Positions 12,401 through 27,170 of a stretch of DNA of 63,972 nt are shown one piece after another. A model generated the notes under the pieces. That model did no database searches and was not told the origin of the DNA. It saw only the letters and a list, made by a program, of their open reading frames with translations. Source of the stretch: Chara braunii (taxonomy: Eukaryota > Plantae > Charophyceae); assembly GCA_003427395.1 (NCBI GenBank), contig BFEA01000037.1, positions 2,990,021 through 3,053,992 on the forward strand. Reading direction: 5' to 3'. How positions within the stretch are numbered: the first letter of the stretch is position 1; every line of letters starts with the position of its first letter. The position numbers and the translations under genes were made by a program.

Positions 12401-15400
12401 CGGCCAACTCTGGTGGAGTAGTGGCTAGATGGGTTGGTGATCAGCGAGTCGGGAAGTCCCGATTAGTCAGTTGTAACTTTGCGAGATTGTGCGCTGGATC
12501 ACTGCAATGCACTCTAGGATCCGAGCGAATTTGCGTAGTAATTGAGGGGACGAGGTGAGCGTTGGGTACGCGATGGCCGGGATCATTAATACTCGAGCGA
12601 GGTGAGGTGTGTTGATGGTTTGTTGGATGGCCTGGGGCCATAACTTGAGAGCATAAGGTTTTGCACCCGGTCCTTCTTCTTCTTATATTTGGAGTTAAGC
12701 TGCATGGCGAGACGCCAATTCTTCATCTTGATCGAGCAAGTGTATAAACAATATAATCTCTTTTCTCTCCCTCTCACTTTCTTTTTGTGAATCTATGAGT
12801 GAATGCGTGGTGTGTATACGTGCATGATTTGTGAGGTTCGCATGTGCTTGAACGTGTTCTTGATTCCCGCCTCTCCTTTCGTCCTCCCGTTTCCAAGATG
12901 TCGTTGAGCAAGGATCTTCGAAACATGGGAGTCGCCAAAGGTTGTCTCGTAAGATGAATGTCTTCTTGATGCTAATCTGTATGGACTCTTCCTCTCAGAT
13001 CTTGATAGGATTGACGTGTTGATGGTGAATGAGTGAATGAATGCGGCTCTCTTTTATTCTCTCCCTAGCTAGAAATACTTCTAGAGACATCCTCCATGCT
13101 CCCGATCAATGACTTCGGTCCGCTTTTTGGTACAATCTTCCATTTGCAAGAAGAATGTAGGGAAGAGGTCTACCGTGCCCCTGCAGCGGGTTCCGCTGAT
13201 TGTGCACAGGAAGCACTCCAAGTGACTAACACTTTTATATGTCTTCTCTTCTTTTTCCTTCGACGGGTTTTGGGAATGAGGACCCCCTTAAAGTTGCTTC
13301 ACTTGTGAACATCTTTGTTGTTCTTGACGCTTAGAAAGGGAACACCCATCCCACCCTGGTATGCCATGAACAATGTACTTTTGTTGACGTCACTCAGAAC
13401 TTGTTTTCGTTTTTGCTTCGCTCTTTGAGAAACCCGTGACTATCTGTTCGGAAACGTTCTTCTCGGACTCATCCAGTAGTTCCTTGGGTAATCCCCTTTT
13501 ATGCAGGAATATCAGGTGTGGAAGTCACATCGTAGTGCTCGATTTCCTCTACTAAGGCAATTGAAGTAAATAAAGATTGATCGCCTTGTTTTTGTGAACC
13601 GTGGATGTGTGTATATCGGCCATGTTGACTAAGCCAGCGGAGACATCTGGGCGCCAACGGGGATAGGACACGTGTTTGTAAGTGGGTTGTGCGAGAAGTT
13701 ATATCCAAGATTGACGAGCCTTTCCCTTCCGAAACACGACATTCAGGATTTGTCAATGCGGGTTTTTTAATTATTGATACTTACTTCCCTCTCTACTCTG
13801 CTTCGCTTCCTTTCAACGAGTTGATTGCCATCCCATACCTGACAGTTACTCCCCACAGGCCACGCATGTTGTGCAACGATTGTTGTTGAAGAGCGCTTTC
13901 AACCCTAAGGGTTCAACTACCAGACACGTGGAGAAGAGGAGTTCAAGGAGAAAGCAGTAAGGTTGCGACCCCCCGGCTCGGACTCCGAGCTCTGCGAAGA
14001 GCGTCGTCGATCCCTCGTTCAAAACCGAGATCCGACATGTGTTCCTCCTAGGCTCCTCCTTTTCGGTCGGGAAAAGGCGTCGCCACGAGCGACACGGTTC
14101 AAAGATACTTTTTGGATTAGATAATCATTGGGAGGAGACTTATTTATGCTTTTCCACTTTTGTTCGTCGCTCCATACCTAGGGCCACACAGGAGATTTTA
14201 GTTTTGTTTCTCTACATAAAAAATATTTGGTGCACCCCACCTATAAATCCCCTTGACTGTCAGGCGCCGTGGTCAGCGGCCAAGGCCGTGAACCCACGGT
14301 CATGACCGCCGCAGTCGTGACCTTTGGCCTCCCGGCGCCTGCAGCAGTCGAGGAGAGGGGGGTCCTGCCGATCAAGGTCGGGATTCCTCGATTGGGACCA
14401 CAGGCCCACCCCCTGGAACTGGAAAANNNNNAANNAACTAAANAATCCAGGGGTCGANATTGGGGGNGTNTAGAAGGGGGGNTNAATAAATCAGNNATNA
14501 AANAAACAACGATTNTTTTTAGTTTTGGAGGGGGGGGGGGGGGGNGAAGAAAAANAAAAAANAAAAAATATATATATTGATTGATTGATTGATTGATTGT
14601 GTGCGTTTGATCGTATGTTTTTGGGTCTTTGATTTTTTCGTTGATTGATTGGCTGATTGCTTACCTGCTTGCTTGATTGATTGATTGATTGGTGGGGGAG
14701 GGGTCGCACCCACCCTCGGCACACGTGCACGCACACACACATATACACACACAGTCGGGGCGTCGAGCGAACGTGTTATTTTATTTCTTTTACCTTTTTT
14801 TTTTTTATTGATTGATTGGTTGATTAACTGGTGGGGGGGGGGTCGGCCCTTCCCCCCGGCACACTCGCACACACACACACCGTGACACACGCACACACAC
14901 ACAAATACACGCATACACACACACAAACGCACACACACAGAGTGCCACACAATCAGTTTTATGTTTGTCAGTCTTTCTCGTGTTGGTTGTCCTTCCTCTG
15001 ATTTTTTCAAAGTATTTTTCTGTGTGCCCAACTGTGCACCCTTGGCAGTGCCAAACAGTCTGTGATTCCTCGTTCGGAGTGCCTATTGCACTCTTAGGGA
15101 GGCCGCTCGGTTCAAGATGTCTGTGTTGCCTGTCGGTGATGACGGATGCTCGTCGGAGTGACTCCCTGGCTCAGTGGGTGGTGGGAACCAACAGTCTGTG
15201 GGGTTTAATCGTGATGTGAGAAGGTCATGTTCCGCTTTGCCTCGTGTTGGATGTATGGACTGCCTCGGTTGTGCTCCGCCGCAACCTTGTTGCCTTCCCC
15301 GCTTGCTTCGCATGTGGTTCTCTCCAAATTGTTGTGTCCATAATGTGGTGTCGACGTGTTGCTGGTGATGCCTTGTGCTTCGCTCCTGCGCTGCCTTGCC

Positions 15401-15769
15401 GCTCATCCACCGGTCGTGCCTTCCATGTGCTTGGCTTGAGCGCCTTGTAGTTCGGTTGCCATGTCGGTGTTGCCTTGTGCTTCACAACATGGTTGCTCTG
15501 CTGCTCGTATGCTTGCCCTGTCATCCCTTGCAGCATGGTTGTCTCGGTAGTGTTGCGTTGTGATTCACTGCGTAAATGCCACGTTGTGTGTCCCGCATGC
15601 CGAGTTGTTCCTTGCAGTCGTTTTTGGCGTTGTGCAGGCATGTTGCCTCTACTATGTTGCCTGGTGCTCTGCAAGGTTGTTGCCCACTGCTATGTTCCGC
15701 TGGGCGACAGCCTGCCTTCAACATGGGTCAAAGGCCTCATAACCCAAACCATCAAATACAGAGATTCCA

Positions 15770-15828
15770 CAGATTGTCGAGGGTTCAGGCTCGTGATGAG
15801 TCGGTGCAACTCCGATGAAACAATTTTG
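15770..15828 (+). ncRNA. Type III hammerhead ribozyme, degenerate copy
   Basis: CAGATT-GUC-GAG..CUC-gUGAUGA-GUCGG-loop-CCGAU-GAAA-CAAUUUUG. Core C3 is mutated to G. Confidence 0.7.
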
Positions 15829-17196
15829 TTATCATCAGTTTATATTTTTTTTCAGTTTTTGTCTTTCGATCTATTGTTTGCTTTTGCTGACTTGTGTTGT
15901 CTATCTCCCTGCTCGCCTTGTCCTTCCCCTCTAGCCTATATCTCTGTCTTTTGTGGGTACTACTTGTTTCTCAAGTCACCGTTTTTGCCTTTTCCTATCT
16001 TGCTTTTGTGCCTGGCCGCCTCCCCCGTGCCCGCCATCCTATGTGTTTTGTTGTTGCTTGTCATTTATGTGCCTCGTAGGTCTCCTCAGCGTGCATTACC
16101 TTCTGTTTATTGCTCTCTGCCCCCTCCCCATGTTCTAGTCTATTCGGCTTCAACAGTGGGATATACGGACAGGGCCGAAATGAGGTGGACTGTGGGGAGT
16201 GGGTATCGAACCTAGGACCCGCCAAGGCAAATATGCATACGACACGACAATATGTTGGAAATGGGTATCGAACCTGGCGAGGTAAGGGTTGTGGATGGCA
16301 CGGTACTGGGGGGCAGGTATTCGAAACCCCATGGGGCTGACAAGAGGGAAGTAAAGTGACCTGCGACATGCGGGAATCGAGCTCGTGACTTACCAAATAG
16401 TCGAACTCTTGATGAAGGAATTGATAAGTGTTATTGGGAACACGAAGTACCAGGCACAGTAATATATCAGGAATTTCAGATAGGACGAGGAAGGTGTGTG
16501 AAGAATTCAGACGGTAATTGACAGCGATAAATAAGGGGTGCTCGTAGAATTTAGTCCTCTCACAAGTCAAACGTACCTGTTGACTAGTCGGATGCTGGCA
16601 GGACTGCGGGTACGAGAGTGGGTTGGAGGGACGAGGTGCACTCAAGGGAGCTGGACGGCAGAAACCCCCTGATCATGACGGTGTGGCTGCCATCGAAATG
16701 CGGCGTCGGGAACACCAACATGTGTTGTGCTCGACGAATACTGAATTTGAAGAGTGCATCTGCAAATGTTCTCATACTGTATGACATGTGGATTGTTCAT
16801 CTGCTTGTGTGGATTGTTCATCTACCTGCTTGAATGACTTGAATAAGTACGACATTTACCTTCTCTTTGTTTGTTTGTTTTGGTCATGCCATATGAAGTG
16901 GACGATTTATTTCCTGGTATGTTGCTTGATGTGCTTTTTATGCCCATCTCGCCACATCTGTTCACGTGGGGTTTGATATCAAATTACACACACACACACA
17001 CACGGGTTGAACAAACCCATTGTTTGTTTGTTTGTTCGTTTGTTTTGTTTTGTTTTGGATTGATTGATTGATTAATTGGTTGGTGGGGAAAGGGTTCCCC
17101 CACCCCCCTCCACGCACTCACTCACACACACGCGCAAACAATTTTTTTTGTATCAATCAATCGACCAATCACAATCAATAAATCAATCAATCAATC

Positions 17197-18283
17197 TGTG
17201 TAGCACACCGAACATGTTCGGCGCCCCACTAAGTAGCCGAACGTGTTCGAACGCTCGGCCGAGCGGAAACTGAACATGTTCAGCCGAGCACAAATTAGGG
17301 GGATGTTGAGCACATCATCATGTATGTGTGGTGTGTGGGGTGTGTGGGGTGTGTGGGGTGTGTTGGGGGGGGGGGTCTGGGGGTGCGTGTGTACGGTGTG
17401 TGCGTGTGTGTATGTTCAGGAGTGATGAGCGATGCCCCCCATGAACCTCCAACCCCTATATATATATATATATATATAATAAATAAATAAAATAAAAATG
17501 TTCGCGCTCGGTCCATTTTGGGCCACGTTCGGGCTCGGTACCGAGCGTTCGGGTTCGGACACTGAGCCCGAGTGTCATGCTATGCGGCAATCAATGAATC
17601 AATCAATATGTGTGTGTCAAAAACAAAAAAAAACAAAAAAAAAAAAAACGTTTTTAACTTTTTTTGGTGTTTTTTATCTTTTCTCCTAGACTACCAGGGT
17701 GGCCTGAGACCACTTGCCCGACTTAGCCGGAAAAAAAAACCATACTAAAAAGATAGAAAACAAAAATGATTCTTTATTTTAAATTTCGTAAAGGATTTTG
17801 ATGTCACGCTAAGGCAAACGTTGTTTTGTTTATTTCTCTGCAATTTTTTTTTTCCCTTGATGTTTTGTTTTTTTTTCTTGACAGGACATTCCTTAGTCCT
17901 TGCCTATTTAGCATCCTGTTCGGGTTCGGTGACCGAAACCGAACGTTCGTTACTGAACGTGAACGAGCGCCAAAACCCTCTGAATGCGAACATAAAAATT
18001 TAAAAAATATTAAAAATAATAATAATAATAAGTCTAAAAAAAATTTAAAAAATATATATGTTATGTAAAATTATAATACAAACAACGTTTGCCAGGGAGG
18101 TATGTTAGGTATGCTTAAATTCGTAACCAGACTCGAGTTAAAAATCAAACACGAAAAACGAAACAATTTTATTATTATTTTTTTTAATATGTTCAATCGA
18201 ACACGGTCGGGAAACATTCGACCGAACACCCGAACATGTTCGGACGTTCGGAAAAGCTCCAAACATGTCCGGTGTGCTACACA
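17197..18283. mobile_element. MITE with ~25-bp TIRs, TGT...ACA termini
   Basis: TGTGTAGCACACCGAACATGTTCGG vs CCAAACATGTCCGGTGTGCTACACA (2 mismatches). Flanks AATC/TATC. Confidence 0.75.
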
Positions 18284-18749
18284 TATCCTTGCACGGTCGG
18301 GCTGCCTGGGAAAAGAGGGTGACCCGGGCGGCCCGGTTAGTAGCCTAGTTTTTTTCCCTTTTATCTTTGCATCTGTCCATAAGAAAAAAAGGAAAAACAT
18401 GTGCAACATGTTTATCCCACCAGTAATTAAAAAAAAAAAAAATCTGCCCTTTTTTTTTTTTTCGATTATAATAATTGCTTTTTAGTTTTGTGCTTTTGAT
18501 AAATAAACAAGAACGTTGAAATTAAAAAAAAAAGTAAAAAAAAGTTGTAAGGTTTTTCAAGCCTTGCAACCCCCTTTTTTTCTTTTGCTTTTACCTATTA
18601 GTTTTGTTTTTTTAATATCACGAATTCTAGGCCACCCGCAGCCGTGGTCTGGTTCTCGACCGCCGGGAGAGTTGGACCCTGAGGTCATGACCGCTAGGGA
18701 TACATAGCACTCTACTTTCGCCGTTGTTAAGGACTTTTTCCACTCTCTA

Positions 18750-21700
18750 GTCACTCTGACGGTAAAGCTGTGCAGGGCGTGAGGTTAGTATCGGAATCGA
18801 TATGTGTCAGTTTCATAGCGAAGGGAACGTTCTAGTGAGAGGACAAAGACGAGGCACTTCTCTATCACCTCGATGAAGTCCTCCCGTTACATGAAGTTGA
18901 TCAGCAGTATCTCGAGCTCGGTCCATGGTGGAGGCGACCGTAAACGTCCCCAACGCCAATGAGAATCAACCATTGGTACAGTAGGTTCCACCTTCTACTC
19001 CACGAGCGGTTTTGCTAACCCCCACGACCTATCCTTTCTATCCCAATTACACCAATCCCGAATCATGGCTTGAAGTTGTCGAAGCCCAGGGCTATGCCCC
19101 TGAGACTTACCTGGTATTGTTAAAGTATTATTGCGCAACATTCCACATGACTGGTTTAAACCCATGCGTGGGTGGATTAGGCTGACTTAAAAGAAATGTT
19201 TTTGAAGCGATTCGATGAAGTTAGTGAGGGCGCTGCTTGGTATGCATTGCCACACCGACCTCAGGAATCAGGCGATTTGTTGCAAGACTTTATAGGTAGG
19301 TTCAATCTGCATTCGATAGATTGGAAAGAGGGGAAACGGTCGTGCGAGATATGTTCACCGAGCATTTAAGAAACCCTTATCTTAAGGCAAACTTACGAAG
19401 AAGTGTCTCCCTAAGACGACCGCAGTAAGTGAAATAATAGCTAAGGCACTCGAGCTCGATGCAAAGGATATGAAGAGTTACATAGACGGAGGGGATGAAA
19501 ACATCGTTGATACAATTGAGGATGTAACCGAGAAACGACGATCTTGGTTACTTGTATCAACTTGGAGCGTGACACATTCCGGGGTTGTCGAATGGATGTT
19601 ATGCCCATCCTAGTATCATCTCCCAGATTGCAAGCCACTCTAACCCTTGGCCTTCTCTCCCTCCTCTTGTCGGATCTCCACCCTCACCCATTGCTTTCTT
19701 TACACAGCAACCAACGCCAGACTCACAAACACCACTTAATGTCTCTGTCTCGCATCTGGCGCATATGATCTATAGGGCGATCCAACATCAATCACAATGG
19801 TTGAACACATTAATGGAGAGTTAGAGCACACATTTGGGATAATTAGAGCACGTTTTCCGCAAATTTCTGACACAAAATATCGCTCAGAATGCAGCACGTG
19901 CTCCTCGGGTCGCTACCGCTCCTCAGTATCTGAAGCCTTCCGCCCCTCCAGCTCCACCTGCGCCCACTACCGCTATGCTTGCTATTGCTTCTTGTGTCAT
20001 GGCTCCTGCCTTCATAACTGTAGGTGTTGTCACCTCAAGGCCGTGCTATAATTGCAGATAACCTGGTCACTTTGCTCCAGAGTGTCCATTTTCAAAACAG
20101 CCGCAGATGCCGCCAGTTGTTGCTCTCGTTGCGACCAATGAAGTCCGACTACTACCCGCTTTTCTTGGCTGAGACGAGGTATCGGGACTTCTCACTCTTC
20201 CAGCCCCACATGTCGATCAGATCGCATCCACTTCATGTATCTTTTATGAAACCACAAGTGTTGTTGATCTCGCTGAATATCTATATTCAGTTGGATTGAT
20301 AGGTGTTATCAGTTCCGCAGAGATAGATGATGATGGAGACTTGGTAGTGTGAGATTTAGAACCAGGGTCACAATTTAGCACAAGAGAGATCGATGTCCTA
20401 CAAGTGTTGAAGAAGTTAGACATCCACGTTCATGTCCATATGGGTCACCTTGTCACGATATCCGAAGTCGAAAATGATTAGTTATTGCTGCACTGCCAAA
20501 AGAACCAAAATCGATTCACATATTCACGCTGAATTTCACAGATCTAACGAATGTTGAAGCTGAAGGAAGAATCAAAGGAGTCCACTACCAGGTCATCGGC
20601 GCCTCCTGATCCTTCTCCTTCAGACTTGCTTGCTGATCAATCCGCTAAGGCAATCGTTCCATATATGGCAGGCGTAAAAACGATCTCCTTCGCAGAAAGA
20701 TATTATTTCACTTGAGCAAAACCGGTCTTGTGGAAAAGTGTTGAATGTGATTGCGAAGTTTTGGGTAAATCGTTTAGTACTCTGATTGATACGAGATCAT
20801 CCGTTGTGGCTCTCTCGCTCGATGTAGTTAGAAAGATGGGTGAATTGAATTCAATCATTCCCCCCTTCACTAAAGATAAGTATGTTTATGTGGATGAGGA
20901 AATAATTAATATAGTCAGAATGGTGAAAAATGTGGCTAATGTGGTTAACGTGTTAGTGATAGATATGCGTTCACACAATGTCCCACTATGCTTGCCTTGA
21001 GAAATATCGGAAGGAACACATCTGCATTTCGATTATCGACAATTGATACTCACAACACCGGAGGTAAGCCTTTAGTCGTCCCACTTCGTATATCCATGTG
21101 TCCATCCGCCAAGAGAGAAGAGATAGAGAAAGCTTTACAGATTAAGATTATCGAATTGTTAGAAGACAAAAATATTGTTGAAAGTGAAAGAGAAGAACAC
21201 GTAAACGAACTCGATGATCTTTATCGTGAAGGCAGTGATAGAGACAACCTTACCTCTGAGGTAAAGTACGACGAAGCTGATTATGTTGAACTCCCAAATG
21301 ACATGTTGACTAAGGAAGAATAAAATGATATCATCAAATTGTTTACCCATGAGGCAAAGGAGGAATATAAGATGCTTCCTCGTATTGCTCACTCCTTTTG
21401 ATAGGAAATCGAGACCTTGAAATCAAATTCAGACTCACATCAACAAAAACATTCCCAAAAGAAATGACACATGAAAAAATATTATTTAAAAAAAAATCCT
21501 TCATATTTAAAAATTATTATTCGAATGTTTGTTAAATTCTAAAATTTTCGATTTGAAAAGTTTCTTTTTAAAAATGAGTTTTCCCTTCCAACTACATCTA
21601 TTTGTTGAAGCTGGAATGTCTTAGTTAAACTTTCATTCTACTACAAGAAATATCTTCTAACTTAGATTGGATTAACCTATTTATGACTGAAAATTCATAT

Positions 21701-23510
21701 CTAGAATGGCAGTATAATTAAAATATTTCATGAATTCATTCAGACTTTCGTTTCATCTCTAGCATGCAGTTCAAATAACAAGGGATACCCCATTCTTGGA
21801 AGGAAATCTTTCAAGTAGACGAAAAATTTTAAAAGTGGAATGACATTTTTTAAGATGGAATGAAAATTTAAAATTTAAAATGTAATTTTATATAGAATGT
21901 TTATTTGATTTTAGGAAATTTTTCTGTTGCTCGCCCGCCCTCTTTTCCGACTCTAACAGAGACTCATGTTTCACTTGCCTCGTATTTGGGTAGAGCCTAT
22001 TCTACCAATTTCGGATATGACTGATCTTTTGGAATCCCCTTCTACTTTTTACAAGGCAATGCTTTGTCTATGAGAAAGATATATTGTCACAGTATATTGA
22101 TTTTTCCGCCCCGTACCTCGACCCGTCACCCTTGCTCACTCATGTGGTGATGGTAGAACTAATCAAGGAAGAAACAGAAGCCCCAATCACAGAGGTGACC
22201 AATTTGATAGTCGAACTGTCGAAACTAACTGACATTAAGATAACACTAAGCACCTCGGATACTGAGGTCAACGCTGAAAATAAAAAGACTAAAATGATAT
22301 GTCATATGGAATTGCAGATGCTTGCTATTGTTTTCTCTGTTCGTATCAGTAGCTTGATGTTTTTCAGCGTGAAACTCACACTTGCATACATCGATGGATG
22401 GAGATCCATCTCACGATTTTTTGCACCTTCTGATCTATATTGATTCTCTCGCATCTCCCTAAAGAAATACAGAAACTATGACGTGATGTTTTGCATGAAT
22501 ATGCGATTGTCTTGGGTATGCACGATCATGACATTGGATTGGTGAATGTGTTTGAGCATGAGGTTCTTACAGCTAACCATCCATATATTAACTATATTTG
22601 TTATTCAATTTGGTACTCTTGCCCAACGGATTGCCGCCTTTTGAGAACTCGAGAAGTTCAAAGCTAATAGGTGGATCGAACCTTCAATCGGTCCTTGGTC
22701 TTTACTTGTTGTTATTGGACTTAAAAATACTAGAGGGATTTGGATTTGCATTGACCATCACAAGTGAAACGATATCACTGTGAAAGATGTGTATCTCATT
22801 CCTCGGATTGAAGAGTAGTTGGATGTCATGGGATGTGCTCGATTTTTCAATAAGTTTTATATCCGTCATGACTTCCATAATCGTCTCGTTTGTAAAGAAG
22901 ACCGTTTCAAGAATGTGTTTATTATTTAAGGGGACTTTGCAATAGATTCGATGCTCGATAAGTACTGTGGCATTATCTATATGGATGATATTCTGGTGTA
23001 CGTAAGCTCATATGAAGGACGTGTGCAACACATTGAGTGGATATTGCATGCGTTAAAGGATGTTGGATTCAAGGTTGCTCTCAACAAGTCTCATTTTATT
23101 TTACAAAGATTTCGTTTCTATGACACATAGTCACTGATAAGGGATTGATGCCACACCCGGGAAAAATCATGGCAGTTTGGGATGCGTCGGTACCCACGTC
23201 GCTCACACAAGTTCGTGTGTTTCTCGGATTGGCTTCATACTACCACTCGTTTATCAAGGGGTTTGTCGCTATTGAGGTACCACTAAGGAAGCTTTGCAAA
23301 AGGTTCAACCGTTGATCTGGACACCACAATGCAATCAGGTGTTTCTAGAACCGAAGGTTGTCTTGATTTCGATCGTTATTCTAATCAAGTTGGACCCAGA
23401 GAAGCCATTATTTCTCATCACCAACTAACAACCCGACATGATATCACCAATTTTGGTCCAAATGGGACCAGACGGGCTGGAAAGAGTAATGAAATGCCTA
23501 AAAAACAGTC
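18750..23510 (+). pseudogene. Old, heavily decayed Ty3/gypsy gag-pol
   Basis: gag-like DLKEMFLKRF (~19190); zinc knuckle CYNCR*PGHFAPEC (~20045); protease LIDTRSS (~20780); RT CIDHHK*NDITVKDVY..IPRI and IYMDDILVY (~22750-23000); VFLGLASYY (~23220). Confidence 0.85.
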
Positions 23511-23519
23511 CTAGCATGC

Positions 23520-24790
23520 AAGCGGTTGTGCGTAGAGCTTCACCGAACGTGGCAGGAATAAGGGAGGAAGCATGACCGACGAGGACTGTGACGATATCGA
23601 GAAGTGACAGGGGGTGGAAGGGGGGGTGTTTGTTAGAAGGGGGGGTTTCCATGATGACTGGAGGGGCGAGCAGGTCGGGGGGGAATGAGTTTGTCCTTCT
23701 GTCAGATGCCGAGATGGCCAGTTAAGGAGGGTGTATCGTGTTTGGAAGTGTGTGACGCAGGGCCAAAAGGTGGGATTGCACGAGGATCGTAAGTTGCAAT
23801 GCAACTTATGCAAGAACATTTGGCAGGCTAACCAGTCCAAGGCGGCGTGACTCTCCGTTCAACTCAAGAAGTGCCTGATTGCCTAGATGCACGTGGTCAT
23901 CGACATTTGGAACGGGACGGGCTACAAATTCGACAATAGTCACATGAGGGGCATCCATATATGGAGGAGTATGGCGTCAGAGACTCGCAAGTGAATGGAG
24001 GAGGTACACCGATGCGAGCGCCATGTTCCCCTGCACCCAGGGATGAGGTGCATGATGTGTTGGACGAGATGGAGGGGAGCGATATAGGAGTTCAAGGTTG
24101 CGATGTTGGTGATATGGGTGGCGGTGTGGACATCGCAGGGGAGGATGTGGTCATGACGTCGCGTCGGGTGAGGGGTGGCAATACACCTATTCAGGGGGAC
24201 GCTGGGAGAAATAGGGGGAAGCGGAGGGTGAGGAAGGAGGACGTCATGCCAACACAACCCGTGAAGAGGGTCCGCCAGACCATGATTAACGAGATCTACG
24301 ATGCGGACAAGCAAGTTGTGTTTAGCGATACGTTCTTGCAGTGCGTGGACGGCGTTGCCATTTCGTTCCATGCGTTCAAGAGACGGTCCTCGAGGAGGGT
24401 GAGGAAGGCAAAGGCATCAGACTTGCCTCAAGGAGTGCGCCTGTGATTTCCCTCCTTCGAGGAATCGGGGGGGGTGGCGTCCCTTCGAGCGGGAGAAGGT
24501 GGCGTCCATGCTACGGGAGGTTCAAAAGACATTCAGTCACAGTGGCGCCTCCATCTTGTCAGATGGTAGGAAGTCGTGAGATGCATGGTCGATCGTGAAC
24601 TCCCTCGCTGCGGTCGACATTGACACGCTCTTGTATGGCATTGTTTGTCGGGACGGCTCAGTTCCTTAGACGGGGCACATTGTTCTTCGCAAGTGCAACG
24701 CCATTACCCCGTCCTTCCATGTGAAGGATATCATCGTATTCTGCACGGGCTCCACAAGTAACTACGTTGTGGCATCCACTCTCCTTTGGA
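23520..24790 (+). pseudogene. hAT-type transposase remnant (BED finger plus start of a DUF659-like catalytic region)
   Basis: VWKCVTQG..KLQCNLCKNIW (BED-like); KRVRQTMINE; AISFHAF; ILSDGRKS at ~24555. Fragmented by stops. Confidence 0.65.
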
Positions 24791-26140
24791 TGAACGTTTG
24801 AGGGGTGGACAATACGAGTCAAGCCACCACTTCTTGGTCGCTCGCAAGAGCAGCGTCGATCAGGGAGGTTGGAGGCGTAGGCCGATTTACAAGCCCACGT
24901 TGCAAAGTACACGGAGCCTTTTCAATAAACATGGAGCCTTTCCAAAAATCATTCAAGCTCATGTTGTTACGTATATGGAGCCGAAAGGAAATGGCATAAT
25001 ACGTACACCGTCCTCTACACAATACACTCCCGTCGATAGAGCAAGGAAAACCAACTCGTACACCAACGTCGTATAGTCTACATGACACCCCCTCATCGTA
25101 AGCGCTAGAAAACACGATTCCTATAACAAAGTCGAACATATCATACACAAGCTCAACAAAAGTCCTACACAAAAGCTCATCCAAGCCGTATGCGATGTTC
25201 AAGATCCTACAGAAGTCATGCACAACTTGTACACAAAAGCCCATCCAAGCCCGACGTTGTGTTCACCTGCATACAGAAGTCCCACACAAAAGCCTATCCA
25301 ATCTCGACGCGATGTCCACGAGGTCAGGTAGCGATCGGAAAGAAAAGGAATGTTCCCAAACCAGGTACAATTTGTTTCACAACGTGATACGGACAGACCC
25401 ATTGCCATAGGCGAGAGGTAAAAAATGCGAGTCTATTCGCACACGAAATCCGAAAATCCCTAGAGTTATATCGAAGCTGACAAAAGTTTGTACTCATGCC
25501 TGAGGAGGAGGATGACTCTCTTCATATTACGTACCGCATGATTAGAGGGTTGGTGGAAACAACCAAGATAGCAGATTATTTAGTCTGTGAATAGCCTCTT
25601 GCGCTCGTTGCCTTTGCACTCGTTGATGTTGCGCTTGTCTAAAAGGACTTGGTTCTCGACTTCGGGCCTGAATATTTGCTTCGATATTCAGAAAAGCGTA
25701 CCAAAGAAAATCTCTTAAACTTCGGTGCAAATTGCTTGAACTATGGAATTGGAATGGATAACGGTCTTCCCAAAACGGTGAACTATTCTTATTCTCTTTG
25801 CTGCCACAGATAAGTAAAGTTCTTCATCCAAGAACGACGCGATATGCATGATGAAGCTCGACAAATAAAACATAATGCCAGCGTTAAAAATTACAACCAT
25901 TAGGTATTCTGTTAAAACGCTTGTTGCTTACAAAGGCATAATACAAATAACTTTTCAACTCTCCTTCCGAGGCAATATAGAAATCAATTAAGAGAACGGG
26001 CCTATCACATAGTGTCGTCATCACAATGTACAGAAACACAGCGGCAGGCGGGGCCGAAAAAGACGTGGACACGAGCACGAACGTCCCCGGCGAGCGGAAG
26101 GTAGTTGTGACACATGTGCGGAGGGCACGTGTGGATATGG

Positions 26141-26175
<35 letters not shown>

Positions 26176-27170
26176 ATGGACACACATGAAAAGCAGCAGT
26201 TGAGCTAAGGTTCAGTTCGACCCAATAAATGAACAAACCAACGAAATCAATGGAATAAACCAATTAAATGAATCACCTACAAATGACATAAGGAATTAAT
26301 GACAACCAAAAAATAAATTAAGATAAATTTAAAATTTTAAAATTATTTAGATTAATCTGAGGAAATTTAGCAGCACGTTGCAGAGTTTTACATAAATTTT
26401 AAAATATTTTAAAAAATAAATAAAAAGAATTACAAAATTTTAGAATTTTACGGGGGATAGAATACAGAAGTAGAGTCGATGTCAGGGTAATTGAATTTAG
26501 TAAATTCTGAATTTTATTTTACGAATTTATGAAATAAATCAAAGTTTAAAGTAAATTACGAAAAAAAATTGATATAATAAACAATTTCATGTACCTCTTA
26601 AACAAAACCGTTGGAATTCATTCCGGTCACGACGTTGGGAGAAAAAAAAAATGAAGATTAATCCTATCGAGTTAGGTCGAGATTCCAAACAGCAGAAGGA
26701 ATGACATTGTCAGACAAGCACAAAGAAAGATAATATGCGTCACACGTAGTAAAAATTTTAGATGATGTGACCAATTAGGTGGGAGAGTAGAGGAGAGAAG
26801 ACGGGATGGAGAAGAGGTAAAAGAAGAGGAAAAAGATGAGATCTTTAAGAGAGATCAGCGAGAGGAAGGAAGAGAATTAATAAGACGGAGAGAAATTGAC
26901 AATACCGCACACTCAGTCAACCGGAAGCAATAGATGTCCTTCCTCCTAGTCGAGGAAGGTCTTGACTATACCCCTAAAGGGTTTTCTCAATCATTTCTCT
27001 GGTGCAACGACGAGGTCGCCGGAGAGTTCGCACATTAGAACGATGTCAAGCCATGGCAATGATGATGATGATGATCACGAACCAGTGGTCCTTATGGTAA
27101 CGTTTCTAACACCTCTTGCTTGAAATCCTGAAACGGTAAAAGATCGATAGACCATGCTCTCATAGATTGT

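Larger units (their letters stand above)
14241..18707. mobile_element. Non-autonomous TIR element (same family) carrying nested insertions
   Basis: Termini CTATAAATCCCC / AGGGATACATAG. 8-bp TSD CACCCCAC / CACTCTAC (two C/T differences). Family subterminal hairpin at about 18543-18573. Confidence 0.7.

Noticed and set aside
9480-14220. Host gene exons or the 5' LTR of the old gypsy
   Set aside because: No recognisable protein motif and no partner LTR in the window, so left unannotated.
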